This document shows, piece by piece, positions 1 through 13,039 of a stretch of 64,000 nt of DNA. Source of the DNA: Rhizophagus irregularis (lineage: Eukaryota); contig NC_089434.1 in NCBI RefSeq assembly GCF_026210795.1, positions 5,270,001 to 5,334,000 of the forward strand, in the 5' to 3' direction. The notes under the pieces were generated by a model. It made no database searches and had not been told where the DNA came from. It was given only the letters and a program-made list of their open reading frames with translations. A program made the position numbers and the translations under genes. Position 1 is the first letter of the stretch, and each line of letters starts with the position of its first letter.

Positions 1-1069
1 TAATACAAGAATGTCAAAATGTCAAATGAAAACATTTAAACTGGATGTCATAACTGAATGGATTCCAATATAATAATTTTGGAAATATTAAATTCATAAC
101 AAAAGGCGCTTCTTGATTTACTTTATTTATTCTTAGGATTAATAAAGAGATAAATGCATCACTACTAATTTTACAAATGGGAACATTTTATTTCTTTAAA
201 TAATAAAATATATACAGTATGTATAAATTCTTTCCTTTAAATAATTTTACCTAAATCTTATTAGAGAAATTTCTGAAGAAGTAGAACATGAACATGAGGA
301 AGTGAATGACGACGAACGACTTGAGGAGGAGAGCTACGAAGAGGGAGAGGAAGAAAAGGGGGTGAAATACTAGGGGAGGCGAGCTACGAAGGGGAAAGGG
401 TTGGATCTTTTTTTTTTTACAAAAAGGAGGACAGACAACTAATTCTATAATGCATGGTTCTAACTATATAACATATTTTTAGAATTATTGATAAGTTTGT
501 CACTTGGATCATACTAGAATCAAGTAAACCTGCTAAGATATCGAAATTATGCCTTTTTTTTGTACATTTTTATTTAGTGATAGGATAGGCCGAGATGTTA
601 TTTCATTAAGAGAGATCATATCGATCTTATAATTTTAATTTGTAATAAAAGTATCGATAAAGTTTTTTCAGGAATCAAAAGGAAATAACGTGATGCGAAG
701 GATTATTGGGGATAAACAAAATTTATTTTCACAGACAATGTCATATATAGTATGGATCATTATTATTATTAACTGGAATAATTATTATCATTATTCCAGA
801 GATCAAATAATGATAATTTAAATTTTGAGCCGGATCAGACCAGGCTCATAGAATAGTATGAAAAGAGGGACGTTTTGCAACTGGAAGAATTATTATGAAT
901 GGGATAATTATTATCATTATTCGATGGGGTAGTTGCAGCGATCGAATAATGATATTTAGTACGAAAAATTTTATTTAGAAAAGTGAAAATTTGATAACGA
1001 ATAAAAATTTAATTTTGTGTGCATTATATGTTGTTTTTTTCTTGCGTCTTTCGACTTTCTTCGGTTCTA

Positions 1070-2280
1070 TTTATAATGTAAAAAATCTATTATAATAATT
1101 GCCTGTATGCCATATTTAGTTTTCTTTTAATTTCTAATTTAATGAAATAAACTTGAGAATAAAAACAATATTCCGAATTGCACATAACAGGATATTTCTG
1201 TGACTACACAAAATTTAAAAAATTCTCTATTTATTCTCTTTAAACGAATTTGTCTCCCGGGTATGGCAATAATTGACCCTGATTAACTCTAATCATTCCA
1301 TAAATTGAAAGTTCAGCCGATATTTCTTGTAAAAAAAAGGATAAATAAAAATAAAATTAGTAATAATAATTACAATCACTTATTTCTTTCAATTAAATAT
1401 TGTTGTTTTCATCTTCAAAAAAAAAAAAATTTAATCAGTTAGTTATTTATTACACGAAATTAACATGATAGTATTACTATTTTAATTGGAGTTGTAAACG
1501 GAGATCCAATTTGGAATACTTTATACGTTCAAAATTTTATTTGTGCTGGAAAAGATTAAATAAGTACAAAAAACAAAAGAATTTATTGATTTAGGAAGAG
1601 CTTATAGATTAAATTAGTAAAAAAAAAACACGGGCCAATTTATTAATCGTATTATTTAAATTATCCAACTCCGGCAATACTATTTTAATATATTTATCCC
1701 GCCTGAAATTCTTCTTTCAATTTGAGCGTTCCATTCTCTCTCATTCAGGGAATATAGCGATTCGATAATTAATCGATCTTTGTGCGATATATAGTGCATA
1801 ATAATGTTTCGGGAATTTGTTTACCCGTTCTTATTATGGAATATCATTGACAAGATAACATCATTTGTATTAATTATTATTCAGAAAACAATGAACAAAA
1901 AATATAAGGAAATTAATTAATCCCTTAAAACAGTAGACAGCCGTTGAAATATATATGCAATAGGGCCTTTCTTTCGAAGCTAAATCTCGTTTGTTCAAAT
2001 CGTATTATCTTTGTAAAACATTGAAAATTTTTACTTTAATTGTTTATATTTAGTTTATAAAAGTATAAATTTATTTAAAAATACTAATAACTAAAAATGT
2101 CCATTGTCTCAATTGTAATTTTTGAGTTTCATTTTGAATACCAAATATATTGGTGACTAAGGTCAATCTTTTCCCTGGAATTTTAAAATTTTCATCTTCC
2201 TGAATTTAGTTTCTTTTATTCCTTTAAGTAAAAGTTCTTTTAATTAAGAAAAATGGACTTATATCGTTCTAACTATAAAG
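1070..2280. repeat. Dispersed ~1.2 kb duplicated segment, copy 1 (paralog at ~41930-43790); probably a decayed minus-strand gene
   Basis: Collinear shared blocks in direct orientation: ATAATTGCCTGTATG, CTTGAGAATAAAAACAAT, GATCCAATTTGGAATACTTTATA, TTTATTGATTTAGGAAGAG, TTCGGGAATTTGTTTACCCGT, TCTTTCGAAGCTAAAT, ATATATTGGTGACT, GTTTCTTTTATTCCTTTAA. Boundaries approximate. Confidence 0.85.
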
Positions 2281-2544
2281 ATTTCCCATTCTTAAAACGA
2301 AAGTCCCTTTTGTGAGGAGAAAAGTAGGCGGCCTAGCATTATTTAATTCACATATCAAAAACGCGTCAAAATGGGGGGGAGGAGAAAAGTAGGTTGCATA
2401 AGAACAAATATCTGCCAATATATTTGATTATAAAAATAAGATTTAGAGATTATAAAATTAAAAGAATTAACAAAATTTTTAGAAATGTGATTTAATATAA
2501 AAGATAAGAAAAATTCATTAATAAAGGAAAGAGTACTACAAATG

Positions 2545-3180
2545 CCGCCCGTTATAATGACATGTCCGGTACCAAAAATTTTTGTCATTATAACGAGATG
2601 TTATTATAACAATTTATAAATTATACTATGTAATTTATTATTTTTATAAACGCAATACGCAATTATTAATTACATAAATGTTAAGAATTAATTATTAAAA
2701 AATTTATCCAAACTTGCTGATACTACTTTATCATATTGTAAGTTTTTTTGTAATTTTTTTAAACTACTCATTAATTTGTCATCAATTTCAAATTTTTTAT
2801 CCTGAACTTTATTAATTTCTCACATGATTCTAAAGCTTCAATAGTCTTAATTTCTATTTCACTTTCAATTTCATTATTATTATTATCATCAGGTTCATAG
2901 CAAACAGCAGCAACAATTTCTTCTATATCTGGCATTGCATCAACTTCCAAGTTCATCACATTGAATGAATTCACTAGCATTTAGTATCTCTCCATCATTA
3001 TTTCTTGGTATTTGTCTTATTAACTGTTCCAATTTCTCAAAAGCTCCATCATTTATTTCACTACCAGTTTTTTGCCAAGAATGAATAATAGTATTTTTAC
3101 TAACATTATTCCATGCTTTTGAAATGGTTAAAGGTTGTGATTTTTCAATTCGATTTTGGCATAATAATTTTTGATAATGA
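2545..3180 (-). mobile_element. pogo/Tigger (DDE_1, CENP-B-like) transposase C-terminal remnant with terminal-repeat-like end
   Basis: Minus-strand fragments translate to ISKAWNNVSKNTIIHSWQKTG and EIKTIEALESCEKLIKF, typical of DDE_1 C-termini. CCCGTTATAATGAC...TTATAACGAG motifs near 2548-2600 resemble pogo termini. Confidence 0.55.
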
Positions 3181-3375
3181 CACTAAAAATAAAGTTTAAT
3201 AAATTATTAATTATATAAAATTTAAAGTAATAATTGTCCGGGCGAAGGATAATGTATATTTACGCACTTTGAAAAAAAAGTCACATAATGGTTTATCCAC
3301 TCACGATTATTTGATTGGTTTATTTTTGATCAGATTATCGCTATCTTTTTCTGTAAAAAAAATAATCAGTAAATG

Positions 3376-5150
3376 CTATAAAAAAAAACTGCCAAAACAA
3401 TAAACCTCTACTCCTATACAAAATTTGATTCGTTCGAGTCTTTCAAAGCTGAAGGGACTAAAGAGATCCTTTAAAGCACGCACCCGAGATACTGCTACAA
3501 AAAAAGGACATGCAGCAAACTCTTTCGTTCCAAGATCTATTTTAGCTTTTGGTAAGGCGAGTCCCTGACTTTTGTGCACAGTGATGGCCCAAGCAAGGCA
3601 AATTGGAAGTTGCCATCGTGAGCACACACGTCGGATTGGCACGATCGGGACAACTTCAGTCCCGTAATAGTTGGCCCCTTCGTAGTTATTGAAGCTAATA
3701 AAACTACTGTTGGAAGGTATGTGATCCTTGGTCATTAAAAATTATGTTCCAAACAGTTCTCATTGAGCCGTTAACTAACCCCAGCTGCTGTCTACAGATT
3801 TGCCGTTAACATGATACGTTGATACGTGCTAACAGTGAATCTTTTTGCCGTATCAAAATCGGCGTTTTTTGCCTCCCTGCCGCCAGAATGCACAGCGAGT
3901 ATCTTAGCTACTGGACGATTCAAGGATCTCCATTCTTGGTAGTATAAATATAGTATCTGAGATTCGGTTGCGTTCTTCTCTGGACTGTTTATATTCAAGT
4001 ATTTCCTAGTCTTCTATAGTGGATTCTCCATCGCGCATCCTTGAGAGAATCTCCCTAAATTTCTGTTCTGCGGAATCTCCAAATTGCCGCTGAATTGCTT
4101 CGAGCTTGTATACTTCCCGAAATTGTTTGTAAGCTGCGAAACCATCATTGGACAATGCATCTCCTTGAATGCCATCATTCATGGGAAGATCGAGCACGGG
4201 TGGAAGCTGACCAAAGTCCCCAAACAAAATAATCGATCGTCCACCAAAAGGTTCGTTGTTGTGCTCTGGAAAAGCTTGACGCAGTCCCGATCATATTTTT
4301 TTCGTCTATAATGATATATTTCACCCCTTCTAACCTTTGCTGTAATCGTTTTTAATCGTCCCCCATTTATGTCTAGGTTATTGTTACTATTACATATTGG
4401 TTTAGATAGTGCGGAGTTGACTGTCCTCCCTCTGATATTGAAGGCTGCAACTCCCATTGGTGCAAGTACAAGTAGTGGAGTCTTAGTCTCGTTGCCTGCC
4501 ATTTCGTGAAGCATGTTTCGGATCGCCATGATGAGGTATGATTTCCCTGTTCACGCTGTTCCCATGTAGTGGTTCGGTCTGGGCTTGTAAGCATGTTGTG
4601 ATAATGCAATTTTATTCTCCATTCAGGCTATCATAATTCGCAATGTCCACACACCGATTTTCATTTCCTTCGTCCCGCTCATCTCCAGTTGCCTGTTGCA
4701 AAAAATTATTAGCATCTGCGAGATCCGAATCATCATAATGTTGTTTGCCATCATTAAGCCAATCATGGTTTCGATCCATATCGCAGGCTCCCAGGTTAGA
4801 TGAACTCTCTATGGTTGTATTTGGTCCCATCTCCGCGAATTAGTATGTATTCGTCCTGATCGTCTTTTTTTTCCATTAGTTCTTCCTCCTCAGAAATTTC
4901 TTCTTCATTATCTACAGCAAGTCACTCGGGTCTTTGTTAATCTCTTCGATGAAACGATCATACAGTGTTGACCATCCGATATCGCCATTTCAGTCTGCTT
5001 GTTCGATATTTCTGTGCCGAACGTGAAAGAGGACCTTTACTCGGTCTCGACGTATGGGTGACGGACTCGAACTATATTTCTTTTTTGCATTTCTTCCAAT
5101 GACCGTTAACAAATTTGTGGTTAGACTCAAAGAGTGTGAAACTTGATATA
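3376..5150 (-). pseudogene. PIF1-family SF1B DNA helicase (Helitron-like helicase half), multiply frameshifted
   Basis: Ordered motifs across the ORF fragments: VLAPMGVAAFNIRGRTVNSAL, FGDFGQLPPV, RIMLTANL, QLPICLAWAITVHKSQGL, VAVSRVR. No HUH Rep domain is visible. Confidence 0.85.
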
Positions 5151-6139
5151 ATAACAAACATATATACGTGTTAATTAGGGTGAATAAAGACGATCGATTT
5201 GGAACCCATTAGTAAATATAGTTATCTTAATATCAACGAACCTGATCCACTAGCAACAACCATCCCGAAGCTTATACCTATAAATCATTATACTCACCGA
5301 TTTGATCACTTTTACCAACAATCAAACTAAGTGTTGACACAACCAGAAGCTAAAAAAAAGAATAGGTTATCAGCTAGTGAAAGTGATTCGCTGGTAAGAG
5401 TAGAAATTATTACGCGCAACCATGATCTTTTGAAGGTCATGAAGGTAAAGTACCTTGAACATATGAATAAAATACCTTAAACGTTACATTTATATTAAAT
5501 GATACATAACATATTAATTAGGATTTATCTTAGGTGTTGGTAATTTAATGGATATCTCGCTATTGTAAGTTAAAATTATACTGAATGAGTTGATTGAATT
5601 TCAAATTAACTGCGATTTCTATTGCTGTTAAGTGACACTTATTAATAAGTACTGCGCGTTGCGAACGTAATGACAAATAATTTTTATGGAGATGGTCTTT
5701 TTAAATGAGGTTTGAGATCATAATGGCTTATTATTAAAAAAGAATTGTTTTATGAATAGAGATTATCTATTTCTATGTTGATTACAAACATTAAAAAACA
5801 TTTTTTTATTATGTAATTAATAGGAATTATTACAACACTGCTTAAATGGATCTATAGATAGATATTACTACTAATTTAGATTTATTAGGAAAGTGTTGAC
5901 CAAGACTTGATCCTGAAGATAGATATTAAGAAGATGGCACTGCCGCAATTTACTGACATAAAAAAGAGCAGTAGGTATAATAACTGATAGCTTGTATTAG
6001 TATATATATAGTATTATGGTTCAACTTATAATATCACACTTAGAACATTAAAACAAAAGAGAGGAATAATTCTTTATTTATTTTATAATGTATTTGATGT
6101 TAATGATATTAACGTAAAATAACGGAATGAGAGGTTATA

Positions 6140-6670
6140 GATTCAGGGCTAATCCATTAGATCGAAAGGTAATTGTTCATCTAAACATTGGTAATTCAGT
6201 CACCGGTACATCTTTAATGACATGTGATGGTGAAGGACTTTTCGGTCTTGGTGGCTTAGGTTTCGTTATGGCCGGTGAATATGTACTTTTGGGATTCCGA
6301 AACTCCTATTTTCAAGGATTTTTAAAAGAGAATTTAAAATTTAATCAAGAGACGATGTAACGATGTTTTATGCGTAAATTCTCAGAAGAACAATTACCTT
6401 TCGATTTAATGGATTATATATTTACCAGACTTTTTTTTTAAAGGAAAAAATCGCGATTGTTAACTTCAAAATCACGATGTTGATTTTTGAAACGTATTAT
6501 CATCTGATACCTTAGCATCGAATCTGGTTGGATTTTCTAAAATTGTTGCATACTGAGATCTAAAGGAATAAATGGTGATTTTGGGGAATTTTCTTTATTA
6601 CGAGAGTTATTGGCCCGCGATTCAGTATGAAATTTGAAAGGCTTTGGCACTGTAGGTACGAACGCACGTT
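6140..6670 (-). pseudogene. TPX2-like microtubule-associated protein gene fragment
   Basis: Minus strand reads PTVPKPFKFHTESRA...SPKSPFIPL and NPLNRKVI; a plus-strand copy reads FRANPLDRKV. These resemble TPX2 FK(A)RP and 'T.P.PF.F.T..RA' repeats. Contains stops and frameshifts. Confidence 0.5.
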
Positions 6671-9267
6671 TCTAATAGATGAGATATATTATTATTAATA
6701 TGATAACCCACTTCAAATTTATAATAATTACTTGTCTATATCTAATAAAATAAAACATACGCGTGCGATCTTTTATAATCTTTGTTGACTTTGCTCTAAA
6801 CCGATTTTTGGTAACAAAAACTGAAAACAAAACTATGGCAACTAATTTTAATAACGACAAACATGAAGTGGTCATAAGTTTGAATATATAGAATGTAATG
6901 TTAGTCGGGTCATGTGGGTAGCGCGAAGTACTCAATTGCCACAAACTAAAATTATTTAGTTAAAAAGAGTGTTGGAATAAAATACCACGCGTATGTTTAT
7001 ACTGTAGCATGTTTAAAAATCCACTTATTGGTTTAATTTCACGTGACGTGATGATCAACATTCACTTTGTGAAGAGAGTAAACTTTAAAAATATTAATTA
7101 AAATTTTAATAATACAATACTTATGTTTTTAAATATTACCCAAGATTCTTTTTGTAATTCAAAATCGGTCTTAACTTTTGATTTATAACTATTAGTTTCT
7201 TCAAATTTGCAACTATCTTTATTCATTTCTTTTTTAATATCTGATTTTATTTGAATTTCTTCTAAATGCAATCTCTGATTATATGATTTTATTAGATTTA
7301 TTTAAGCATTTATAATAATATTTACACTTTAAACCTAATACCTGAAAACATTCTTCATAATATGTATGTCTATATATCAAAACTTCATCCTTCTTATTTG
7401 TTGAATTTCTGCAAAAGTTTTTATCACAAACCTTATTTTATTTAAAGGTATAGAAGAATGGTATTCAAGAGATAAAGTACTTAAAGAAAAACTTGTAAGA
7501 ATGGATGTAAAATAATAATAAGATTTTTTGTTTCTTTTTCCCTTCATTTTTTTCTACTTTTTTGTTATTTTTTATCTTATCAAAAAAGTTTAATAAAAAA
7601 AGAGCAGTTTTTTTAATTATTTTATTTAAATTTTTTTTTTTATATAAATAATCTCTTTTTAGTACAAATGATGTAATAAATAAATTTTTATTAATAATAA
7701 ATAAAATATTATATTTAAGGAATTTACTTTAAAAAACTTTTGCTATAGTATATCTTTATAAAATAAAGATTGTAAAAATTTTTAATAATATACTTATTAA
7801 ATATATTTAATTCATAATTTGCAAATAAAGTAGAAAACCCTATATCAAAAATTGGGTAATTATATAATAACGTAAATTCTGATATTATAGCAAACCAAAA
7901 TACTAATTGTTAAATATAATATAAAAATTAAGTTTATTTATTATTGCTATCAAGTTATGTTATTTGACTTACTTTTTGTTAAAAGTCTGGTAAATTTTTT
8001 GAGATTTAAGTATTATAAATAATTTATTTATAGACTTAAAAGTAAAAAATACTTTATTTTTAATGTTATAAATAATGGATTTTTACTTTTAAACTCACAG
8101 AAAAGTCATTTCTAATTATTGAAAATTTTACTGAACTTCTAGTAAAAAGTTAGCTAAATGGTATAATTTTATATTAATGGTTTTAACTTTTACATTATAT
8201 ATTTTAATTTGTTACATTTTCAGATTTTACATTATTATATATTACTATATATAACTTAACCCTAGTTTTTAATAATTAGATTTTTTACTTTTCACGCAAA
8301 TTACGAATTAAATTATTTTTTAAGATTTTGATGATGAAATAATTGATTGCTTACTAATAATACATATCAGACAAAAAAGAAAAAAAAAAATTTTATTATA
8401 ATTATCAATTATATCTTTAAAGCTTTTTTATCATATACTATAAAAGAAATATTGTATTACTATATTTATTAAATTTATTATTTCAAAAAAAAACTGTATA
8501 TCAGATATCTAGAGTTATTACAGTTTAATTTCAATATAATGAACCCATGATATAATGAATTCTCAACTTACTGAACTTTTTTTAAAAAACTAGTTTTATA
8601 GTATTTAAAAATATTTTGATATACTAATATCATACTGATAAACTTTATATAATGTATACTGAACTTTATTATTAGTTTACCACTTATTATAAAACATAAT
8701 AAAAAATTTTTTGATATACCAAATTTAGTCACATAATTTGCCAATTTCATCTAAAATTAATTAATTTTGGTCAGAATTAGAACTACCTAATTTTTTGCCT
8801 AAATTAATTAATGCCAAAACATCTTACACTGGTCAAATGATGAAGAATCGGTGTATTAAGAGCCAGTTAAGAATCGGGACCAATCAGGTTTCGGTTCTTA
8901 ACCGGCTCTTATTTTTTTTATCATTAAATAATCAGTATCCCGATAGGCCTATTGATTCTATTATATAAGAAGCCGATAGATTCTAAACGTATATCAAATT
9001 TGATCGGCCGATAATAAGTAACAAATTGATTACCTTCCGGATTTCCCGATGACTAATAAATAAACACCCGATCTGTCATGATCTGTCATTAATTTATAAA
9101 TAAGCATCGGTAAAACATCACACGTCCGATAATAATACTGATAGAACATTGATATTAGACGTGAGAAATTTAAAGGTTTAATAATAATTATTATATATTT
9201 ATTTATTTGTATATTTATAATATTCATAATATAAAACATGATTGATATTACAGTATTATTATAAATT

Positions 9268-12200
9268 TTAAATATGAAACTTTCTATTGATCGGTATTAC
9301 TGACACATATTTCCGGGTTTCTTTTCGTCCTATTGAAAAAGAACCTTCAACAAACCGACCCAGTATACTATGTACAGGATAATACAATCCCTGCTAAGAT
9401 CATAAAATTCTTTTTTCCATAGTTCTATATTGCACAAATTTTCATCGCCATTAATTGTGCAATGAAATCTAGTCTTGTGATTTTCTGCCGGAAGGTACCA
9501 CTTTACAAATGCTAGGGAATGATTTACAGAACCTTCCGGAAAATGTATAATATGTTCAAAATAAAATTGAACAATACCGGGATAAGTATCTTTAGTATTA
9601 TCATGGAGAAATTGGGATAATATTTTGGCCGATGTGACGTGCCTTTTAGAATACATTGACCCAAAAACTTCGGATCCAATTTTTAGTCGTCCATAAGTGT
9701 TCACTTTTGGTAATACCGGTATAGCAGAAGGAGCAGCATGGATATCTGATAGTGCTGCGAAATCTTTTCCATAGGCATTGCGGTAATATTCAACCAACAA
9801 ATCTAATACTTCTTTTGAAAGGTTGGTGTCTATCCTTTTAGGATTAAGAAAAGTACCTGGAAAAGGTTCCGAACCTCGTTCCGGCCATTTCTTCCACGTT
9901 TCTAGACATTGATAAAAATTCCCGGTAATCTATTCCATTAATTTCATCATGAATTACAAGACTGCCGGTAGTTTCTTTCGGTGTAATTAGTGTGATACAA
10001 GTCGATAAATGTTGATGGTCTTGGGCGCATGAAGAAAACTGATCAAGAAGAGAGTTGAATTGAATGGTTTTTAATAATTCTGGTTCGATTCTTCTATTAC
10101 TGCTATGATACGATCCTATAAATATAGACTATTTAATAAATTGATTTAATTATATTGATAAGTTCGGAAATCTGGAATTACCTAATAGACCGTTCATGCG
10201 TTCGTAACTGAAACACCAGAACGCGTATAATGGTCCATAGTCTAACGCACAATGGCAAATATGTAAGCATAAATGTAAATTCGGCGTAATTTTTTCTGCG
10301 CCGTAATTTTCTTCAATGAAAGCTTTGCCACTTAGAAGATTTTTATGAGCTTCTTCTAACCCATTCGTTGTTATAGATCTGCATACAAGAATATTGCATG
10401 CACGGACAAAATTGGCGAGTATCAATTTATCCGATTCTTGAAGCAGATCCCATGTTATGGAAGTGGCATAAATTAAGATAAAAGTCTTCCATTGATCACG
10501 GAAGAACAACTTTGAAAAGCCTTCTACCTGTAGCAATTTTGTAGGGAATTCTACCGATATCTGCTGGAACTTTTATTGCATTTGCCCTTTTTTGCATTGT
10601 TTCTAAATCTTTTTGTGTCAATCGGCCCTCCTCGATCCACAGTCTGGTCACGATCCACTTAGCAATACCCAAGAACAAACAATGCATTGGATCCACTGTG
10701 AGAAATCGCACTGAATCAAAGTACGGAAGTCGATACATTTCTGACCACCGTACTAAAGTATTATGGACGTGACTATTTCTAGCATCTTTAGTATTGCAAT
10801 TCAACCATTCTCGCGCATCCCTTCGAACCTGGTTGATATCTCTTTCGACAAACCATTCATCAATATCATCAAATCCGCCAAAATTCGGTTGATTTCGATC
10901 ATCATATTGAGCCTTTTTTAAGCATCTATGACAAGCCACTCGCGCAGAGATATGACCGCAGAGTTTTCTCGCGGCTGGAATATCACATGAGCAGCATATT
11001 ACTGCGGCTCGAATAGATTTTCCGGTAGAGCTTTCGTATGTTTTCGATAGTTCAATCCCATTCCATAACTCGATTAATTGATCGATGATGGGAGCTATAT
11101 AATGGTTTAGTTGATGTAAACTAGGCTCATTTGGCCCCGGAATTAAAGCCATTGTCAAAATATTTGATGGCTTGAATCTTTCATTTCGAGGCAGGTTACA
11201 TATTACACCATATAGAGCTCCTATACTATAAGTTGAATTATCGAATGGTTGGAACCAGTCGATATTTAACATGATGCCTAAGTGGCGGTCTGAGACATCT
11301 TTCCGGAAAAATGGTATATTTTGACGATGATCCTGAAAGGTTTTCCAGATCTTTCCGTCATAAATATCATTCAAAAATTGAGAATCGTTACGGTCCGCCC
11401 ATTTTCTACATAATTTCTCAAATCCTTTTCGATTATACATTAATTGTAATTGGTGTTTTAAACTAACAGTAGGGAACGTTAAAGAAGGTCGATAGATTGT
11501 TCCGTTAGTAACCGGAACTTTCTTAGCAAGTGTAGCATTGCACTTTTTTCTTTGATTTGCCATCGGATGATCCGGAAAATCTACATAGGTACAATGAATT
11601 GTGGCTGGAACTTGGTAAGGGTCGTTAGTTGATACTTCTGTTACATTATACAATTTGCAACACTTTTCACACGATGCGAATTTGACAATATGAGCACAGA
11701 CGCCAAGTTTTTTACGTGCCATATACAAAGATGTAGGAAAAGAATTGTACGTGTTTGCATCCAAAAGAACCAAAAGATATCTAAAAAATTTGACTAAAGA
11801 ATCGGTAGTGACATCGGATAACTTATATCTCTCTTGATATAATAAGATCCATAAAACAATCCAATGAAAGTCTTCAGTAAAATCAATGAAGGAGGCTTCT
11901 GGATCATCACCGTATGTATTTTCCGGTGCGTCAAACCAGCCGGATGAAGATTCATTTGGTATTTCTTCGATAGGATCAAAGTCATTATCAACTTGATCGT
12001 TTTCTTCATCATCAGCATCACTAGTATCATCATCTGAAATACTTTGTTCAATAACAACAATAGGGTATGATACATTCTTGGAATTTCCACTACCGATATG
12101 TTTTCGTTTATCTTTCGATTTGGCTTTTGATGATTTCGATTTTTTGGGAAGAAACGAATAATTTTCCTCATCAACAATAGGTTCATGATGACCATCATCT

Positions 12201-12478
12201 GAATTATGTGATTCTATTTCCATTGGATCATTCAAGAGGTCTACCGATGTATCTTGGTTTAGGTCATCAGATGAAACTTGATTTAAATCTATAATTTCTT
12301 CAATAACTCCTCTTGGTCTAATATCCCTTTTTAAACTATGACTATTTTTTGTACGTGGATCAACCATGTTACCTTTACATTTATTGCAATGACACGGAAC
12401 TTTATTTGATGTTTTCTGTTTAAAATTATAGGATTTCTTTACAAAGACAGCTTTTGTTCTTCGGTATTTTCTCGTCAT
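9268..12478 (-). CDS. CACTA/EnSpm Tnp2-family (Transposase_21-like) DDE transposase; 2 exons (12478-10182, 10115-9268) with several small frameshifts
   Basis: N-terminal CHCNKC..H; GIMLNIDWFQPF..S.G, NLPRNERF, CDIPAARKLCG, CHRC, DPMHCLFLG, YGPLYAFWCFSYERMNG; C-terminus VIPINRKFHI*. GT-AG intron at 10181-10116. Confidence 0.88.
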
Positions 12479-12638
12479 TGTAAATAATAATATAAAAAAA
12501 TTTTATTAAAAATGAATTTTCGGTTCTTCGATGAACGGATATATTAGTATGATTGATAATTGACATTGTTGACCATATTAGGTTACTATCAATTTATTGT
12601 ATTTATTGTATTTAAATCAATATAAGTTCCTTTATTTG

Positions 12639-12780
12639 AATCAAAAAAAAGCTTATACTTCAATAGACTATTTCGTTATTTTCAATAGACTTATCGGCAT
12701 GAAAAAAAAGGAAAAAAAAATTCAATCAAAAAAAGCTTATTTAATAGACTATTTCGTTACTTTCGACAGACCTATCGGTC
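12639..12780. repeat. Imperfect direct repeat (2 copies) in the bidirectional promoter of the CACTA element
   Basis: AATCAAAAAAA(A)GCTTAT...AATAGACTATTTCGTTA..TTC.A.AGAC.TATCGG occurs at ~12639 and ~12724. Confidence 0.7.
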
Positions 12781-13039
12781 CTCATACGACAAAAAAAAAT
12801 ATATATATAAAGACCCCTTTCTTCCCACGAACTGATTTTTTTTCTCTGCCATATCATTATACTTTGATCTAAATCATTAAAAAAAAATCGTAATCATTAC
12901 ATTTAATCTAATTATAGGAAAAAAAAAATATTATTAATAATCATAATATTTTAATTGTGGAAATAAATAAAGGTATAAAAGAACGTCTTTTACCTTATTG
13001 TATTGTTTTTTTTTTATCCTTTAACAAATTTTGGTAAAA

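Noticed and set aside
11794..12198. 134-aa ORF overlapping the CACTA transposase
   Set aside because: Alternative frame of the acidic low-complexity region; no motif.
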